Below are positions 1 to 9,541 of a DNA stretch of 64,000 nt, in pieces. A program made the translations under genes and the position numbers. Each line of letters opens with the position of its first letter. The first letter of the stretch is position 1. The notes under the pieces are model-generated. The model saw nothing but the letters and a program-made list of their open reading frames with translations. It made no database searches and was not told where the DNA came from. The DNA is from Steroidobacteraceae bacterium. GTDB lineage: Bacteria > Pseudomonadota > Gammaproteobacteria > Steroidobacterales > Steroidobacteraceae. Location of the stretch: assembly GCA_044226785.1 (NCBI GenBank), contig JBGAGK010000014.1, forward strand, positions 21,061-85,060, given 5' to 3'.

Positions 1-1146
1 GAACCGCAGGCCCCCGTACACGCGATACGGGATGCGTGCATTGATCAGCGCCTCCTCAAGAACCCGCGATTGCGCGTTGGAGCGGTACAGGATGGCCGAC
101 TCGCTGCGAGCCCCGCCGGCATGTACCCATTCGCGGATGCGGTTGACGACGAAGTCGGCCTCGTCGCGCTCATTGAACGCGGCGTATACGCGCACCTTCT
201 CGCCCTCGGCTCCGCTGGTCCACAAGGTCTTGCCCATGCGCCCCGAATTGTGGGCGATGAGCGCGTTCGCAGCCTTCAGGATGGTGCCGGTGGAGCGGTA
301 GTTCTGTTCGAGCCGGAAGAGTTTCGCGGCGGGAAAGTCGCGGCGGAACTGCAGCAGGTTCTCCACCCGCGCGCCACGCCAGCGATAGATCGACTGATCG
401 TCATCGCCCACCACGAAGGGCTGGCCGGTGGAACCTGCCAACAGGGTGAGCCATTTGTACTGGATGGTGTTGGTGTCCTGGAATTCGTCGACCAGGATGT
501 GCCGGAACCGCTCCCGGTAATGGTCCAGCAGCGAAGGATGCGCGCACCAGATGTCGTGGGCGCGCAGCAGCAGCTCCGCGAAGTCCACCACGTTGGCGCG
601 CCGGCAGGCCTCCTCGTATGCGTGATAGATCCTGACGAGCTGGCGCTGCGCAGGATCACCGCTGTCCTTGATGTCCTTCGGACGCCGGCCTTCGTCCTTC
701 TGGGAATTGATGAACCACTGGACCTCCCGGGGCACCCAGCGGGTCTCGTCCAGATCCAGACTCTTCAACACCTTCCTGATGATGCGGCTCTGGTCGTCGC
801 TGTCGAGGATCTGGAAGGTCTGGGCCAGCCCCGCCTCACGCCAGTGCCGGCGCAGCAGACGGTGCGCCAGGCCGTGGAAGGTGCCGATCCACAGCGAGGC
901 AGTGGAGATGCGCAGGAGGGTTTCCACGCGGCTGCGCATTTCCGCGGCGGCCTTGTTCGTGAACGTCACCGACAGGATGCCGTGTGGAGAGACGCCTTCC
1001 ACCTCGATCAGCCAGGCGATGCGATGGACCAGCACCCGGGTCTTGCCGCTGCCGGCGCCGGCCAGCACAAGGGCGGGAGCGAGCGGCGCCCCGACGGCCT
1101 GGCGCTGCGCATCGTTCAGGGAATCGAGCAAGTGGGATACGTCCAT
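1..1146 (-). CDS. uvrD: DNA helicase II UvrD, N-terminal 382 codons (3' end runs off the window start)
   Basis: Absent from the ORF track because it is open at the window edge. My reverse-strand translation from the ATG at 1146-1144 gives MDVSHLLDSLNDAQRQAVGAPLAPALVLAGAGSGKTRVLVHRIAWLIEVEG... Superfamily-1 helicase motifs are present: GSGKT, TFTNKAA, VDEFQDTN, GDDDQSIYRWRGA, QNYRS. Confidence 0.93.
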   Translation of the reverse strand, partial: MDVSHLLDSLNDAQRQAVGAPLAPALVLAGAGSGKTRVLVHRIAWLIEVEGVSPHGILSVTFTNKAAAEMRSRVETLLRISTASLWIGTFHGLAHRLLRRHWREAGLAQTFQILDSDDQSRIIRKVLKSLDLDETRWVPREVQWFINSQKDEGRRPKDIKDSGDPAQRQLVRIYHAYEEACRRANVVDFAELLLRAHDIWCAHPSLLDHYRERFRHILVDEFQDTNTIQYKWLTLLAGSTGQPFVVGDDDQSIYRWRGARVENLLQFRRDFPAAKLFRLEQNYRSTGTILKAANALIAHNSGRMGKTLWTSGAEGEKVRVYAAFNERDEADFVVNRIREWVHAGGARSESAILYRSNAQSRVLEEALINARIPYRVYGGLRF

Positions 1147-1230
1147 CAGGGCGCGAATTGTAGTCGCTCGAGCACCGCGGGGATTAAGATTCTTCACGTC
1201 GCGCCCGACGGTCCAAAGGAGAGCCAAAGC

Positions 1231-2235
1231 ATGTTACCTGCTCGTCAAATTGCATGGGTGATTGCCGCGCTGTGCGCCGCCACGGAAGCCGGGGCGCGGG
1301 ATTACCGGATTGCGCCTTCGATTCCCGTCCCCGGAGACGGGGGTTGGGATTATGCGCAGGTCGATCCGTCCGCGCGCAGGCTCTATGTTGCGCATGATGA
1401 TGAAGTCGCCGTGGTCGATCTCGCGCAGTCCAAGGCGCTTGCCCCGCTCGGGCCGGTCAAGCATGCTCATGCCGTGGTCCCGCTCGCGACCCATGAACTC
1501 GCAGTCACCAGTGGCGCAGACTCGACGGTTCGCTTCTTCGATCCGGCGAGCGGGCGGCAGATTGCAAGCCTCGCCGTCGACCCGGGGCCTGATGCGGCCA
1601 TCGTCGATCCGGCCAACGGGCACCTGCTGACCATGAATGCCAGGGGCGGTACGGTTGCCGAGATCGACCCTGTAGCACATCGCGTCGTTCGCACGATCCG
1701 CGTGAAACCGGGTCTCGAGTATCCCGCGATCAGCAGCCGGACGCTCTATGTCAACGACGAAGACGCGAACGAGATCGAAGTGATCGATCTGGCCACCGGC
1801 ACGGTCGGTGCGCCGATCAGGCTCTCAGGCTGCGAGGAGCCGAGCGGACTCGGGCTCGACGCGGCGCATGACCGGCTCATCAGCGCCTGCGCCAACGGAG
1901 TGGTCGCGGTCGTGGACCTCGGGACGCGGCGGCTGGTGCAGACCGTGCCGATCGGCCGCGGTCCGGATGCCGTGCTGATCGATGCGACGAGGCGGGTTGC
2001 GCTGATCCCGGCCGGAATGGACGGGCACCTGGATGTGCTCGACCTGTCGGTGCCTGGCCGAGTGACGCACAGGACGAGCCTGAGAACCGAGCCGGGAGCC
2101 CGGACCGGTGCGATCGATCCTGGGAGCGGCGTGGCCTATCTTCCCACCGCTCGGCTCGCGCCGTCCGCAGGCCCCGACAAACGCCCCGTGGCGCTGCCCG
2201 GCAGCTTTCATATCGTGGTGGCGAAGCTGCTCTGA
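1231..2235 (+). CDS. Exported YncE-like beta-propeller repeat protein (YVTN-type repeats)
   Basis: This is the C-terminal part of track ORF 70..2235. The in-frame ATG at 1231 follows AAGGAGAG. The product has a signal-like N-terminus (MLPARQIAWVIAALCAATEAGA) and repeated ...VAVVDL.../...AIVDP.../...IEVIDL... propeller-blade patterns. Confidence 0.75.
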   Translation: MLPARQIAWVIAALCAATEAGARDYRIAPSIPVPGDGGWDYAQVDPSARRLYVAHDDEVAVVDLAQSKALAPLGPVKHAHAVVPLATHELAVTSGADSTVRFFDPASGRQIASLAVDPGPDAAIVDPANGHLLTMNARGGTVAEIDPVAHRVVRTIRVKPGLEYPAISSRTLYVNDEDANEIEVIDLATGTVGAPIRLSGCEEPSGLGLDAAHDRLISACANGVVAVVDLGTRRLVQTVPIGRGPDAVLIDATRRVALIPAGMDGHLDVLDLSVPGRVTHRTSLRTEPGARTGAIDPGSGVAYLPTARLAPSAGPDKRPVALPGSFHIVVAKLL

Positions 2236-2270
2236 TCGACTGCTACGACAGTGCCAGCCCGGAACCCCGG

Positions 2271-3329
2271 TCATCTGCCAGCCGGCTTTCTCCTGGCGGG
2301 TTTCCGGGCGGTCTTTCGTGCTGCTTTTTTCCTCGCGGGCTTTGCGGCGGCCTTCCCGGGGCGCCCTTTTCCCATCTCGCGCTCCAGCGTGAGGCCGGCG
2401 CCGATTCCGTGCTTGCGGAACAGCTTCATCATGTCGACGAGGATGGCGTTGCGCCTGGCCTCGATCTGCGCGACCTTTCGGCCGCCTGCCTGTGCTTCAC
2501 AACCCTCGACGAGGCGTCGCTCCAGCTCCGCATTCCATTTGGGGAATTTCAGGTCGGTCCAGTCCAGTTCCAGTGTCGGATCGAACTGCTTGATGAAATC
2601 GCGCATGCCGCCAGGGCCTCCGGCCAGATGATAGGTCATGAATGAACCCATGAAGGCCCAGCGCATGCCGGCGGAATAGACGATCGAATCATCGATGTCG
2701 CCGGTCGAACCGATGTCCTTGTCCAGGATGTGCAGCGCCTCGCGCCAAAGAGCCTCCTGCAGCCGATCGCAGATGTAGCCCATGATCTCCTTCCTGAGCC
2801 GCAGCACATGCATGCCGATCCGCTCGAAATGGCGGGCAGCGCGGTCCATCGCCTCGGGTGAGGTCTTCTGTCCCGGTACCAGTTCCACCAGTGGCAGGAG
2901 ATAGACGGGATTGAAGGGGTGCCCGATCACCACGCGCTCCGGATGCGCGCATTGTGACTGCAGGTGGCTGGGCAGGAACCCCGAGGACGAGGATGCGATG
3001 ATCACCTCCGGCCGGGCTGCCGCGTCGATGTCCCGGAACAGGCGGATCTTCAGCTCCTCGCGCTCGGGCGCCGCTTCATGGATGAAATCGGCCTTCGAGG
3101 CCATGTTCGCAAGATCAGTGGTGAAACCGAGCTTGCCCTTTTTCGCAGGCTTGCCCAGCAGGGCGACCAGTGAAGGCCACGCCGTGTCGATCTGTGCCCT
3201 CAGCCTGGCTTCGGCGGCCGGGGCGACGTCGTAGGCGATCACGTCCAGCCCACGGAAAAGGGAGCGCGCGGCCCAGCCTGCGCCGATGAGGCCGGTGCCG
3301 GCAATGCCGACGGTTTTCACGGGTGTCAT
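2271..3329 (-). CDS. L-carnitine dehydrogenase-like 3-hydroxyacyl-CoA dehydrogenase family protein with a basic Ala/Lys/Pro/Arg-rich C-terminal tail
   Basis: NAD-binding motif VGIAGTGLIGAGWA. The stretch HPFNPVYLLPLVE...ICDRLQEALWREALH resembles LcdH along its length. Start placed at the internal ATG (MTPVKTVGIAG), which follows AAGGA. The tail reads GKGRPGKAAAKPARKKAARKTARKPARRKPAGR. Confidence 0.8.
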   Translation of the reverse strand: MTPVKTVGIAGTGLIGAGWAARSLFRGLDVIAYDVAPAAEARLRAQIDTAWPSLVALLGKPAKKGKLGFTTDLANMASKADFIHEAAPEREELKIRLFRDIDAAARPEVIIASSSSGFLPSHLQSQCAHPERVVIGHPFNPVYLLPLVELVPGQKTSPEAMDRAARHFERIGMHVLRLRKEIMGYICDRLQEALWREALHILDKDIGSTGDIDDSIVYSAGMRWAFMGSFMTYHLAGGPGGMRDFIKQFDPTLELDWTDLKFPKWNAELERRLVEGCEAQAGGRKVAQIEARRNAILVDMMKLFRKHGIGAGLTLEREMGKGRPGKAAAKPARKKAARKTARKPARRKPAGR

Positions 3330-3449
3330 GGTCACGAATTCCTTCTGCGGGTGATGCAAAGTGCGGAGTGGGGCTGCGTGCACCCTGCATGATACCGCGG
3401 GCGCCGGCGCGTCAACGCACCTGAGGCGCGCAAGCGCAGGGCGCAGGGC

Positions 3450-4553
3450 TCAGGGCTGCGGCTCGTCCTCGAGGAACTGGATCAGCGCCAGCGCCAGCGA
3501 CAGGATCACCGGCCCGAGCACCAGGCCAAGCGGGCCAAAGGCGGAGATGCCGCCGAGCACGCCGATGAACACCGCCAGCGTGGAGATGCGTGCCCGTCCG
3601 GAAATCAGCATGGGCCGTACCACGTTGTCGGCGCTGGAGGAAAGGATTCCCCACAGGACCATGAACGTGCCGTATCCCCAGTGCCCCTGTACAAACAGGG
3701 CGATGACCGCCGGTATCCATACCAGTGCCGTACCACCCACGGGCAACATGGACAGCACCGCCGCCAGGACGCCGAACACCACCGGTGAGGGCAGGCCGCA
3801 GATGGCAAAGCCGATGCCGACGATCAGGCCCTGGAGCAGCGCCGTAATCAGCGTGCCGAACACGATGGCGCGGGTCAGATCGCCCAGGTGCGACAGCAGG
3901 TGCTGTTTGCGCTGCTCGGCCAGCGGGATCAGGGCGCGTACATGCGAGAACATGACATCGCCATCGCGCAGGAAAAAGAAAAGCAGGAACAGCGTCAGCA
4001 CGAACGCGACCAGCGTATTCATGGTGCCCAGGAACAGTGACCCTCCCGCATTGGCGGCAGCCTGCATCAGTTCCTGTGCGCCTGACACCGCCCAGTTCTG
4101 GATCTGCTCCGCGCTGACCGAGAAGTTCGTCTGCATCCACTGATACAGATGTGCAATCCAGGGAAACTGGGTGACATCCTGCAGCGTGTGGATGTCGAGC
4201 CGGCGTGCGGCCGCCTGCAGGGTGCGCAGCAACACCGACACCTGCGTCACGAACTGGACCGAGAGCGCAGACAGCGGCAACAGGATGGCCACTGGCGTGA
4301 GGGCGGTGAGCAGTGCCGCCGCCCGGCCTTCGCCGCGCAGCCGGCGGCGCAGGTGCAGGTTGATCGGATGCAGCAGGAAGGCGAGGAAAATCGCCCAGGT
4401 GAGCGGGCCGATGAAAGGCCGGAGAATTCGCGCGACCGCATAGCCCACCAGCAGCAGGACGATGGCACTGAAGATGCGGCCGTAAGTGTTTGCTGTCTGG
4501 ACTGTGGCTCTGCCGCCCGGGTTCATCGGCGTTGCTGTCCTTTCTGGCGGCAT
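3450..4553 (-). CDS. AI-2E family transporter (PerM/YhhT-like permease)
   Basis: Polytopic membrane protein of about 367 aa with family-typical stretches such as FFFLRDGD and LSMLPVGGTALVWIP. Its ATG overlaps the stop codon of the upstream M20 gene. Confidence 0.85.
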   Translation of the reverse strand: MPPERTATPMNPGGRATVQTANTYGRIFSAIVLLLVGYAVARILRPFIGPLTWAIFLAFLLHPINLHLRRRLRGEGRAAALLTALTPVAILLPLSALSVQFVTQVSVLLRTLQAAARRLDIHTLQDVTQFPWIAHLYQWMQTNFSVSAEQIQNWAVSGAQELMQAAANAGGSLFLGTMNTLVAFVLTLFLLFFFLRDGDVMFSHVRALIPLAEQRKQHLLSHLGDLTRAIVFGTLITALLQGLIVGIGFAICGLPSPVVFGVLAAVLSMLPVGGTALVWIPAVIALFVQGHWGYGTFMVLWGILSSSADNVVRPMLISGRARISTLAVFIGVLGGISAFGPLGLVLGPVILSLALALIQFLEDEPQP

Positions 4554-5968
4554 CAATGCGCCGTCATCGCCTTGATGAAGCGATAGTAGAACTCGTTGCC
4601 GGTGTAGAAGGACTGTACGCCCACCCGTTCATCCCGGCCATGCGCGCGCACGTCGTTGCGGTCCACGTCCAGCCCCGAGATCTCGAAAGTGGGAATGCCG
4701 TAGGGAGTGACGTAGATGCCATCGGTGGCGAAGGATGCCTGGGTGGGCACGACAGGCAGACCGGGCCAGAACTGCGCGACCACTTTCTCCAGGGGATTCA
4801 TGATCGCGGGGCTCAACGGACCCGGCGGATAGGCCTTGCGGTCCGGAGCATGGTCGCTGACTTCGTGGTCGTCGGCGACGTACTTCACGCTGATGCCGGC
4901 ATCATCGAGCACCTTCGCGATTTCGAGGCGGATGGCTTCGGGCGGATGGCCGGGCAGGATGCGGCAGTTGACGTTCGCCGAAGCCCGCTGCGGCAGCGCA
5001 TTGTTCGCATGGCCTCCTTCCAGCCGGGTGGCGACGCAGGTGGTGTGCAGGGTGGAATTGTCCAGAGGATCCTTCGACAGCCGCGCCACGGCGGACATGT
5101 CCGGCGGATTGACGAGCATGGCGCGCATGTCGGCCGCGCGATCGCCAGTCTCGATGCCGGCCATCTTCTCGTAGTACGCACGGGTCACAGCATTGAGTTC
5201 GAAGGGAAACTGGTACTTCTGCAGGCGCGCAAGGCCGTCCACCAGCTGATAGATGGCATTGTCCGGCCTGGGCTCCGAGCTGTGACCGCCCTTGTTGGAG
5301 GTCGAAAGCTGGAAGTCGGAGTACACCTTTTCGGTGGCCGTGAGATTGAAGAACTGCGGCTGGCCGTGACTGGAGATCACCGACCAGCCGTCATGATTGA
5401 AGGCGAACTCGGCATCCACCAGGTCGCGGTGGTGCTTGAAAAGCCAGTCCACCCCATTGGACTTGCCACCTTCCTCATCGGCCGTGAGGATCAGGATGAT
5501 GTCGCGGCTGGGACGGAATTTCTCCTGCTTCAGCCGCATCAGGGTGGTGACCATGATCGCATCCCCGCTTTTCATGTCCTGGGTGCCGCGACCATAAAAG
5601 TAGCCATCTTTTTCCACGAACCTGAAAGGATCCGCAGTCCAGTCCTCGCGACGCGCTTCCACCACGTCCAGATGCCCGAGCAGCAGCACCGGCCGGTGCT
5701 TGCCAGTGCCCCGCAGCCGCACCATCAGGTTTTTCTTGCGCTCGTTCGGCCCCAGGATCTGCAGGTCGGCATCGGTGAACCCGGCGGAGCGCAGGCGCCG
5801 AGCCATGGCCTCCGAGGCGGTGGTGATGTTGCCCACCGAATCGGTGGTGTTGATCTCGATGAGCTCCTTGAAGATGTCGTGCGCCAGCGCGTCGGTTGGA
5901 TAGGCCTGGGCGCGGGGGACGATGCAGGTCAGGAAAGCCAGCATGAGGCCAGGGACGGTAGTTCGCAT
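4553..5968 (-). CDS. Secreted M20 family metallopeptidase
   Basis: Internal start MRTTVPGLMLAFLTCIVPRAQA gives a signal peptide and follows GGGAGAG. M20 motifs present: LLLGHLDVV, GRGTQDMKSG, LTADEEGG. Confidence 0.85.
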   Translation of the reverse strand: MRTTVPGLMLAFLTCIVPRAQAYPTDALAHDIFKELIEINTTDSVGNITTASEAMARRLRSAGFTDADLQILGPNERKKNLMVRLRGTGKHRPVLLLGHLDVVEARREDWTADPFRFVEKDGYFYGRGTQDMKSGDAIMVTTLMRLKQEKFRPSRDIILILTADEEGGKSNGVDWLFKHHRDLVDAEFAFNHDGWSVISSHGQPQFFNLTATEKVYSDFQLSTSNKGGHSSEPRPDNAIYQLVDGLARLQKYQFPFELNAVTRAYYEKMAGIETGDRAADMRAMLVNPPDMSAVARLSKDPLDNSTLHTTCVATRLEGGHANNALPQRASANVNCRILPGHPPEAIRLEIAKVLDDAGISVKYVADDHEVSDHAPDRKAYPPGPLSPAIMNPLEKVVAQFWPGLPVVPTQASFATDGIYVTPYGIPTFEISGLDVDRNDVRAHGRDERVGVQSFYTGNEFYYRFIKAMTAH

Positions 5969-5997
5969 GGGTCTCTCCCGGGGTGCGCGCGCCGCGC

Positions 5998-6912
5998 TCA
6001 GATCTTGTACGGGAAATAATGGTCCAGGATCAGCGCGGCGAACAGGATCTGCAGGTAGGTGATCGAATAAAGGAACATCCGCATGGGCAGATCTGCCCGC
6101 CCGGTCCGCTTCATGGCAATGGCCAGATACAGGAAGCGGGCATCGAGCACCAGGGCAGCGGCCAGGTAGATCAAGCCGCACATTCCGGTCAGAACGGGAA
6201 GCATCGTGACCGGCACCAGCAGGATGGTGTACAGCAGGATCTGCAGGCGCGTGTAAGCGATGCCATGCGTGACGGGCAGCATCGGGATGCCCACCTTCGC
6301 GTACTCATCGCGACGTGCGATGGCAAGCGCCCAGAAGTGCGGCGGCGTCCAGGTGAACACGATCAGGAACAGCAGCAGCGCGTGCGGATCGATGGTGTTG
6401 GTGACGGCCGCCCAGCCCAGCACCGGAGGTGCGGCGCCGGCCGCTCCGCCGATGACGATGTTCTGGGGCGTGGCGCGCTTCAGGAACTGCGTGTAGATGA
6501 CGGCATAGCCGATCAGCGAGCCGAAGGTCAGCATCGCAGTGAGCGGGTTCACACCCGCAGCCAGCACCAGCATCGACAGCATGCCCAGAACCGCGGCGAA
6601 CACCAGTGCATGGCGCTGCTGCAGGTGTCCGGTGGGCAACGGACGGCGCCGCGTGCGCGCCATCTGGATGTCGATGCGCTGATCCAGCACATGGTTGAAC
6701 GCGGCTGCCGATCCGGATGCGAGCGCAATGCCCAGCGTGCCGAACAGCAGTGCAGGCAAAGGCACCATGCCGGGTGAGGCCAGCACCATGCCGACGATGG
6801 CCGTGAACACGATCAGCACCGTGACCTTGGGCTTGGTCAGCTCCAGGAAATCGCGCCAGCCGCTGCTTCGGACAGTGTTGCCAATCGTCTGGCTGTCTGG
6901 GTTGGCGGACAT
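5998..6912 (-). CDS. ctaB: Protoheme IX farnesyltransferase (heme O synthase)
   Basis: UbiA-superfamily membrane protein. Motifs: [23 protein letters not shown] and [11 protein letters not shown]. Sits directly downstream of ctaA. Confidence 0.93.
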   Translation of the reverse strand: MSANPDSQTIGNTVRSSGWRDFLELTKPKVTVLIVFTAIVGMVLASPGMVPLPALLFGTLGIALASGSAAAFNHVLDQRIDIQMARTRRRPLPTGHLQQRHALVFAAVLGMLSMLVLAAGVNPLTAMLTFGSLIGYAVIYTQFLKRATPQNIVIGGAAGAAPPVLGWAAVTNTIDPHALLLFLIVFTWTPPHFWALAIARRDEYAKVGIPMLPVTHGIAYTRLQILLYTILLVPVTMLPVLTGMCGLIYLAAALVLDARFLYLAIAMKRTGRADLPMRMFLYSITYLQILFAALILDHYFPYKI

Positions 6913-6921
6913 GTCAGGAGT

Positions 6922-7971
6922 CTACACCAGTCCAGGCTGCAGGCCCGGGGCGCCCGAGAGGCGGACGGGTGCTTCCGGCCGCAGGGCACGCAGCAGGCAC
7001 ACCAGGGTGATCACCAGCAGGGCCGCGCCCGCGTTGTGCGCGGTCGCCACCGCCAGCGGCACGCCCATCATCACGGTGGAAATGCCCAGGGTGATCTGCA
7101 GCAGCACCGCGACCAGCAGGGCTGCGCCCGCACTCCGCACCCTGCGGGTGCTGCCGCCGAGCCACGCGCGCAGCGCAAGCATCACGAGCACGATGCCGGC
7201 GACCAGCGCGCCGATCCGGTGGGTGAAATGGATGGCCACCCGGGCAGGTGCCGCAAGGACGCCTCCCTCGTAGTCGATGCCGAGGCCGCGCCAGAGCACG
7301 AACGCATTGCCGAAGTCCATGCGCGGCCAGTAACTGCCCTGGCAGGTGGGAAAGTCCGGGCAGGCCACCGATGCATAGTTGGTGCTGGTCCAGCCGCCGA
7401 GGGCAATCTGCAGGGTCAGCACCGCAAGCCCCACCAGGGCAAAACGCCACAGTCGACGGTCGGAATCCACGGATTCGCGCCGCTCGGGCCGCCAGCACAG
7501 CCAGACCAGGATGCCCAGCGTCGTCAGCCCTCCCAGCAGATGGCCGGTGACGATGAGCGGTTTGAGCAACAGGGTGACGGTGAATGCACCCAGCGCACCT
7601 TGCAGGCAAACCACCAGGAACAGCAGCAGCACGGACGCCAGGGGCTGGGCCGGATCGCGGCGATTCCACAGGGCCAGCAGCATCAGGCTCACGATGCAAA
7701 GTCCGAGGCTGGTGGCGAAGTAGCGATGGACCATCTCATGCAGCGCCTTGGCGTAATCGAACTGGCGGCCCGGGAAGGCCTGCTGGCTCGCCAGGTCTCC
7801 CGCGGCCTGGGATGGATGCAGATGGCCATAGCAGCCGGGCCAGTCCGGACAGCCCAGGCCCGCATCGGTCAGGCGCACCCAGGCGCCCAGCACCACCACC
7901 AGCGCGGCGAGGCACGCCGCAGCCAGGGCGATGCGCCTGAAAATCGACAGTCGCTTTTCCATGTTGTTCAT
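6922..7971 (-). CDS. ctaA: Heme A synthase (COX15/CtaA)
   Basis: Has the CPDWPGCYG motif and a second CPDFPTC, eight predicted TM segments with conserved His residues, and cox-cluster context. Confidence 0.92.
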   Translation of the reverse strand: MNNMEKRLSIFRRIALAAACLAALVVVLGAWVRLTDAGLGCPDWPGCYGHLHPSQAAGDLASQQAFPGRQFDYAKALHEMVHRYFATSLGLCIVSLMLLALWNRRDPAQPLASVLLLFLVVCLQGALGAFTVTLLLKPLIVTGHLLGGLTTLGILVWLCWRPERRESVDSDRRLWRFALVGLAVLTLQIALGGWTSTNYASVACPDFPTCQGSYWPRMDFGNAFVLWRGLGIDYEGGVLAAPARVAIHFTHRIGALVAGIVLVMLALRAWLGGSTRRVRSAGAALLVAVLLQITLGISTVMMGVPLAVATAHNAGAALLVITLVCLLRALRPEAPVRLSGAPGLQPGLV

Positions 7972-8540
7972 CCGATCTGGGACAGCTTCAGAAGGTGTTT
8001 GAGGTCCTCGAGCAGACCCTTGGGCGAGGCAGCCGGGCCATAGCGCATGACCAGGTTGCCCAGGGGGTCGATGATGTACAGGTCACCCGCCTTGCCCGGG
8101 AGCTGTGCAAGCAGTGCATCGTGCGGTGCTGCCCGGGCCACTGCAAGATCCGGGTGCTCCCGCTTCAGCATCGCCAAATCGCAGCATGGACCGGTGGCGA
8201 GGAACAGCCTCTGTACGCGTCCCATGTCGCGATTGAGCAGGAGACGGATCTGCCGCGTGTCATGCAGCGCCTGCACACAGCGCGCGTCACAACTCCCCTC
8301 GCCCACGAACAGCAGGGTCCAGCGATGCCGCAGGAATTCCCCGCCCGGATGTGAACCGTCCACGAGTGTCAGGTCCACGTGGGTCAGCGGCCGCACAGGC
8401 TGAAGCAGCTCACCGTGGTTCAGGCGCCCCGACGGCGAAAAGGGGATGCTGCCAAAGCCGTAATACAGGATGAAGGACAACGCCAGGGGTGCCATGAACA
8501 GCACGGCGATTCCGACCAGCATCTTCTGTCCACGGTTCAT
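7968..8540 (-). CDS. SCO-like thioredoxin-fold cytochrome oxidase biogenesis membrane protein
   Basis: One N-terminal TM segment (MLVGIAVLFMAPLALSFILYY). The C-x3-C motif in LLFVGEGSCDARC resembles the SCO1/SenC copper site. Sits between SURF1 and ctaA. ATGA overlaps at both ends. Confidence 0.6.
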   Translation of the reverse strand: MNRGQKMLVGIAVLFMAPLALSFILYYGFGSIPFSPSGRLNHGELLQPVRPLTHVDLTLVDGSHPGGEFLRHRWTLLFVGEGSCDARCVQALHDTRQIRLLLNRDMGRVQRLFLATGPCCDLAMLKREHPDLAVARAAPHDALLAQLPGKAGDLYIIDPLGNLVMRYGPAASPKGLLEDLKHLLKLSQIG

Positions 8541-9259
8541 CGGCGCAGATTCCTCATCACGTACAGTACCAGCAGCGCTGCCGCCAGGCCGAACCATTGC
8601 ACGGCATAGGCGATGTGCCGCATGGGCGGAAAACCGGGCGGTGTCCAGCTCCGTTCGAATCCGTCGCGTTCCGGCGCATCCAGCAGGATGACTTCCGCGC
8701 GATCGGACCAGCGGCGCTTGCCCAGAATCGAATGCAGATCATCCGCGGAAGGAAAATTCGCACGGATGGGAAACGGTGGTGACAGTGGTGGGGGGGTTCC
8801 CAGCTTGATGCCGGGCCGGGGCAGCTCATCGACCCTGCCCCGGATGGTGCGCCCGGAGGTGCTGGCCGGAATGGGCGGCAGGACCCGGCGATCCAGGCCC
8901 ATCGGCACCCATCCCCGGTTCACCAGCCACCAGGTACCGGCGGCGGACTCGAACGGCGTGATCACGTAGTAGCCCGCGCGCCCGCCCCTGTCGAACATGT
9001 TGTCGATGAGGATCTGTTCGTCGGGGTCGAAATGTCCGGTGAGCTGGACATGCTGATATCGGGCCGGTGTTGCGGCGAGGTGGTCCGCATCCAGGGTGGT
9101 GCCGGTTCCCGCGGCGAAGGCATCGAGCAGGACCTGCTTTTCCGCCGCACGATGCAGCTGCCAGCGGCCGAGGCTGACAAGCAAGCCCAGCAGGGCCAGT
9201 GTCAGCAGGGTCGCCCACAGGCTGGGCGCAAACTCGCGGGATCCGGCTTTCACCTGCAC
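8537..9259 (-). CDS. SURF1 family cytochrome oxidase assembly protein
   Basis: SLWATLLTLALLGLLVSLGRWQLHRAAEK...GYYVITPF...WLVNRGWVP is the typical SURF1 pattern. Start is uncertain (GTG at 9259 or 9253). The longer track ORF would overlap the divergent DUF2909 gene. Confidence 0.8.
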   Translation of the reverse strand: MQVKAGSREFAPSLWATLLTLALLGLLVSLGRWQLHRAAEKQVLLDAFAAGTGTTLDADHLAATPARYQHVQLTGHFDPDEQILIDNMFDRGGRAGYYVITPFESAAGTWWLVNRGWVPMGLDRRVLPPIPASTSGRTIRGRVDELPRPGIKLGTPPPLSPPFPIRANFPSADDLHSILGKRRWSDRAEVILLDAPERDGFERSWTPPGFPPMRHIAYAVQWFGLAAALLVLYVMRNLRR

Positions 9260-9292
9260 GATATACTGGTTTCGACCTGCTGCGGGAGGACC

Positions 9293-9493
9293 ATGGATTC
9301 CAGATTCCTGATCGTGCTGATGTTGCTGCTCGTGCTGTTCAGCCTGGGCAAGGCGCTGTTCCACCTGTGGCACGACTCGGGTGATCGCAAGGCCGTGGTG
9401 CGCTCCTTGAGCTGGCGCATCGGCCTGTCGGTCGGGTTGTTCGTCCTGCTGATCCTGGCCTATGCGATGGGCTGGATCAGCCCGAACCGCTGA
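9293..9493 (+). CDS. Twin transmembrane helix small protein (DUF2909)
   Basis: 66 aa with two hydrophobic helices (MDSRFLIVLMLLLVLFSLGKALFHLW...RIGLSVGLFVLLILAYAMGW). GGGAGGA lies upstream of the ATG. Divergent position between coxC and SURF1, as in other cox clusters. Confidence 0.7.
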   Translation: MDSRFLIVLMLLLVLFSLGKALFHLWHDSGDRKAVVRSLSWRIGLSVGLFVLLILAYAMGWISPNR

Positions 9494-9541
9494 GGCGCGG
9501 CGGGCACTCTCACGCCCGCCGCCGCACTCCGGATCAGGATC

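Noticed and set aside
70-1230. N-terminal 387 codons of track ORF 70..2235 (+)
   Set aside because: This portion is antisense to the clearly recognisable uvrD. Only the part from the ATG at 1231, which has an RBS and a signal peptide, is a plausible gene.
4490-6019. 509-aa ORF on the plus strand
   Set aside because: Antisense to the M20 peptidase gene, with no motifs.
9260-9373. Longer SURF1 start at 9373
   Set aside because: It would overlap the divergent DUF2909 gene by about 80 nt and would add a Gln/His/Glu-rich leader before the usual SURF1 N-terminal TM segment. A GTG start near 9253-9259 fits better.
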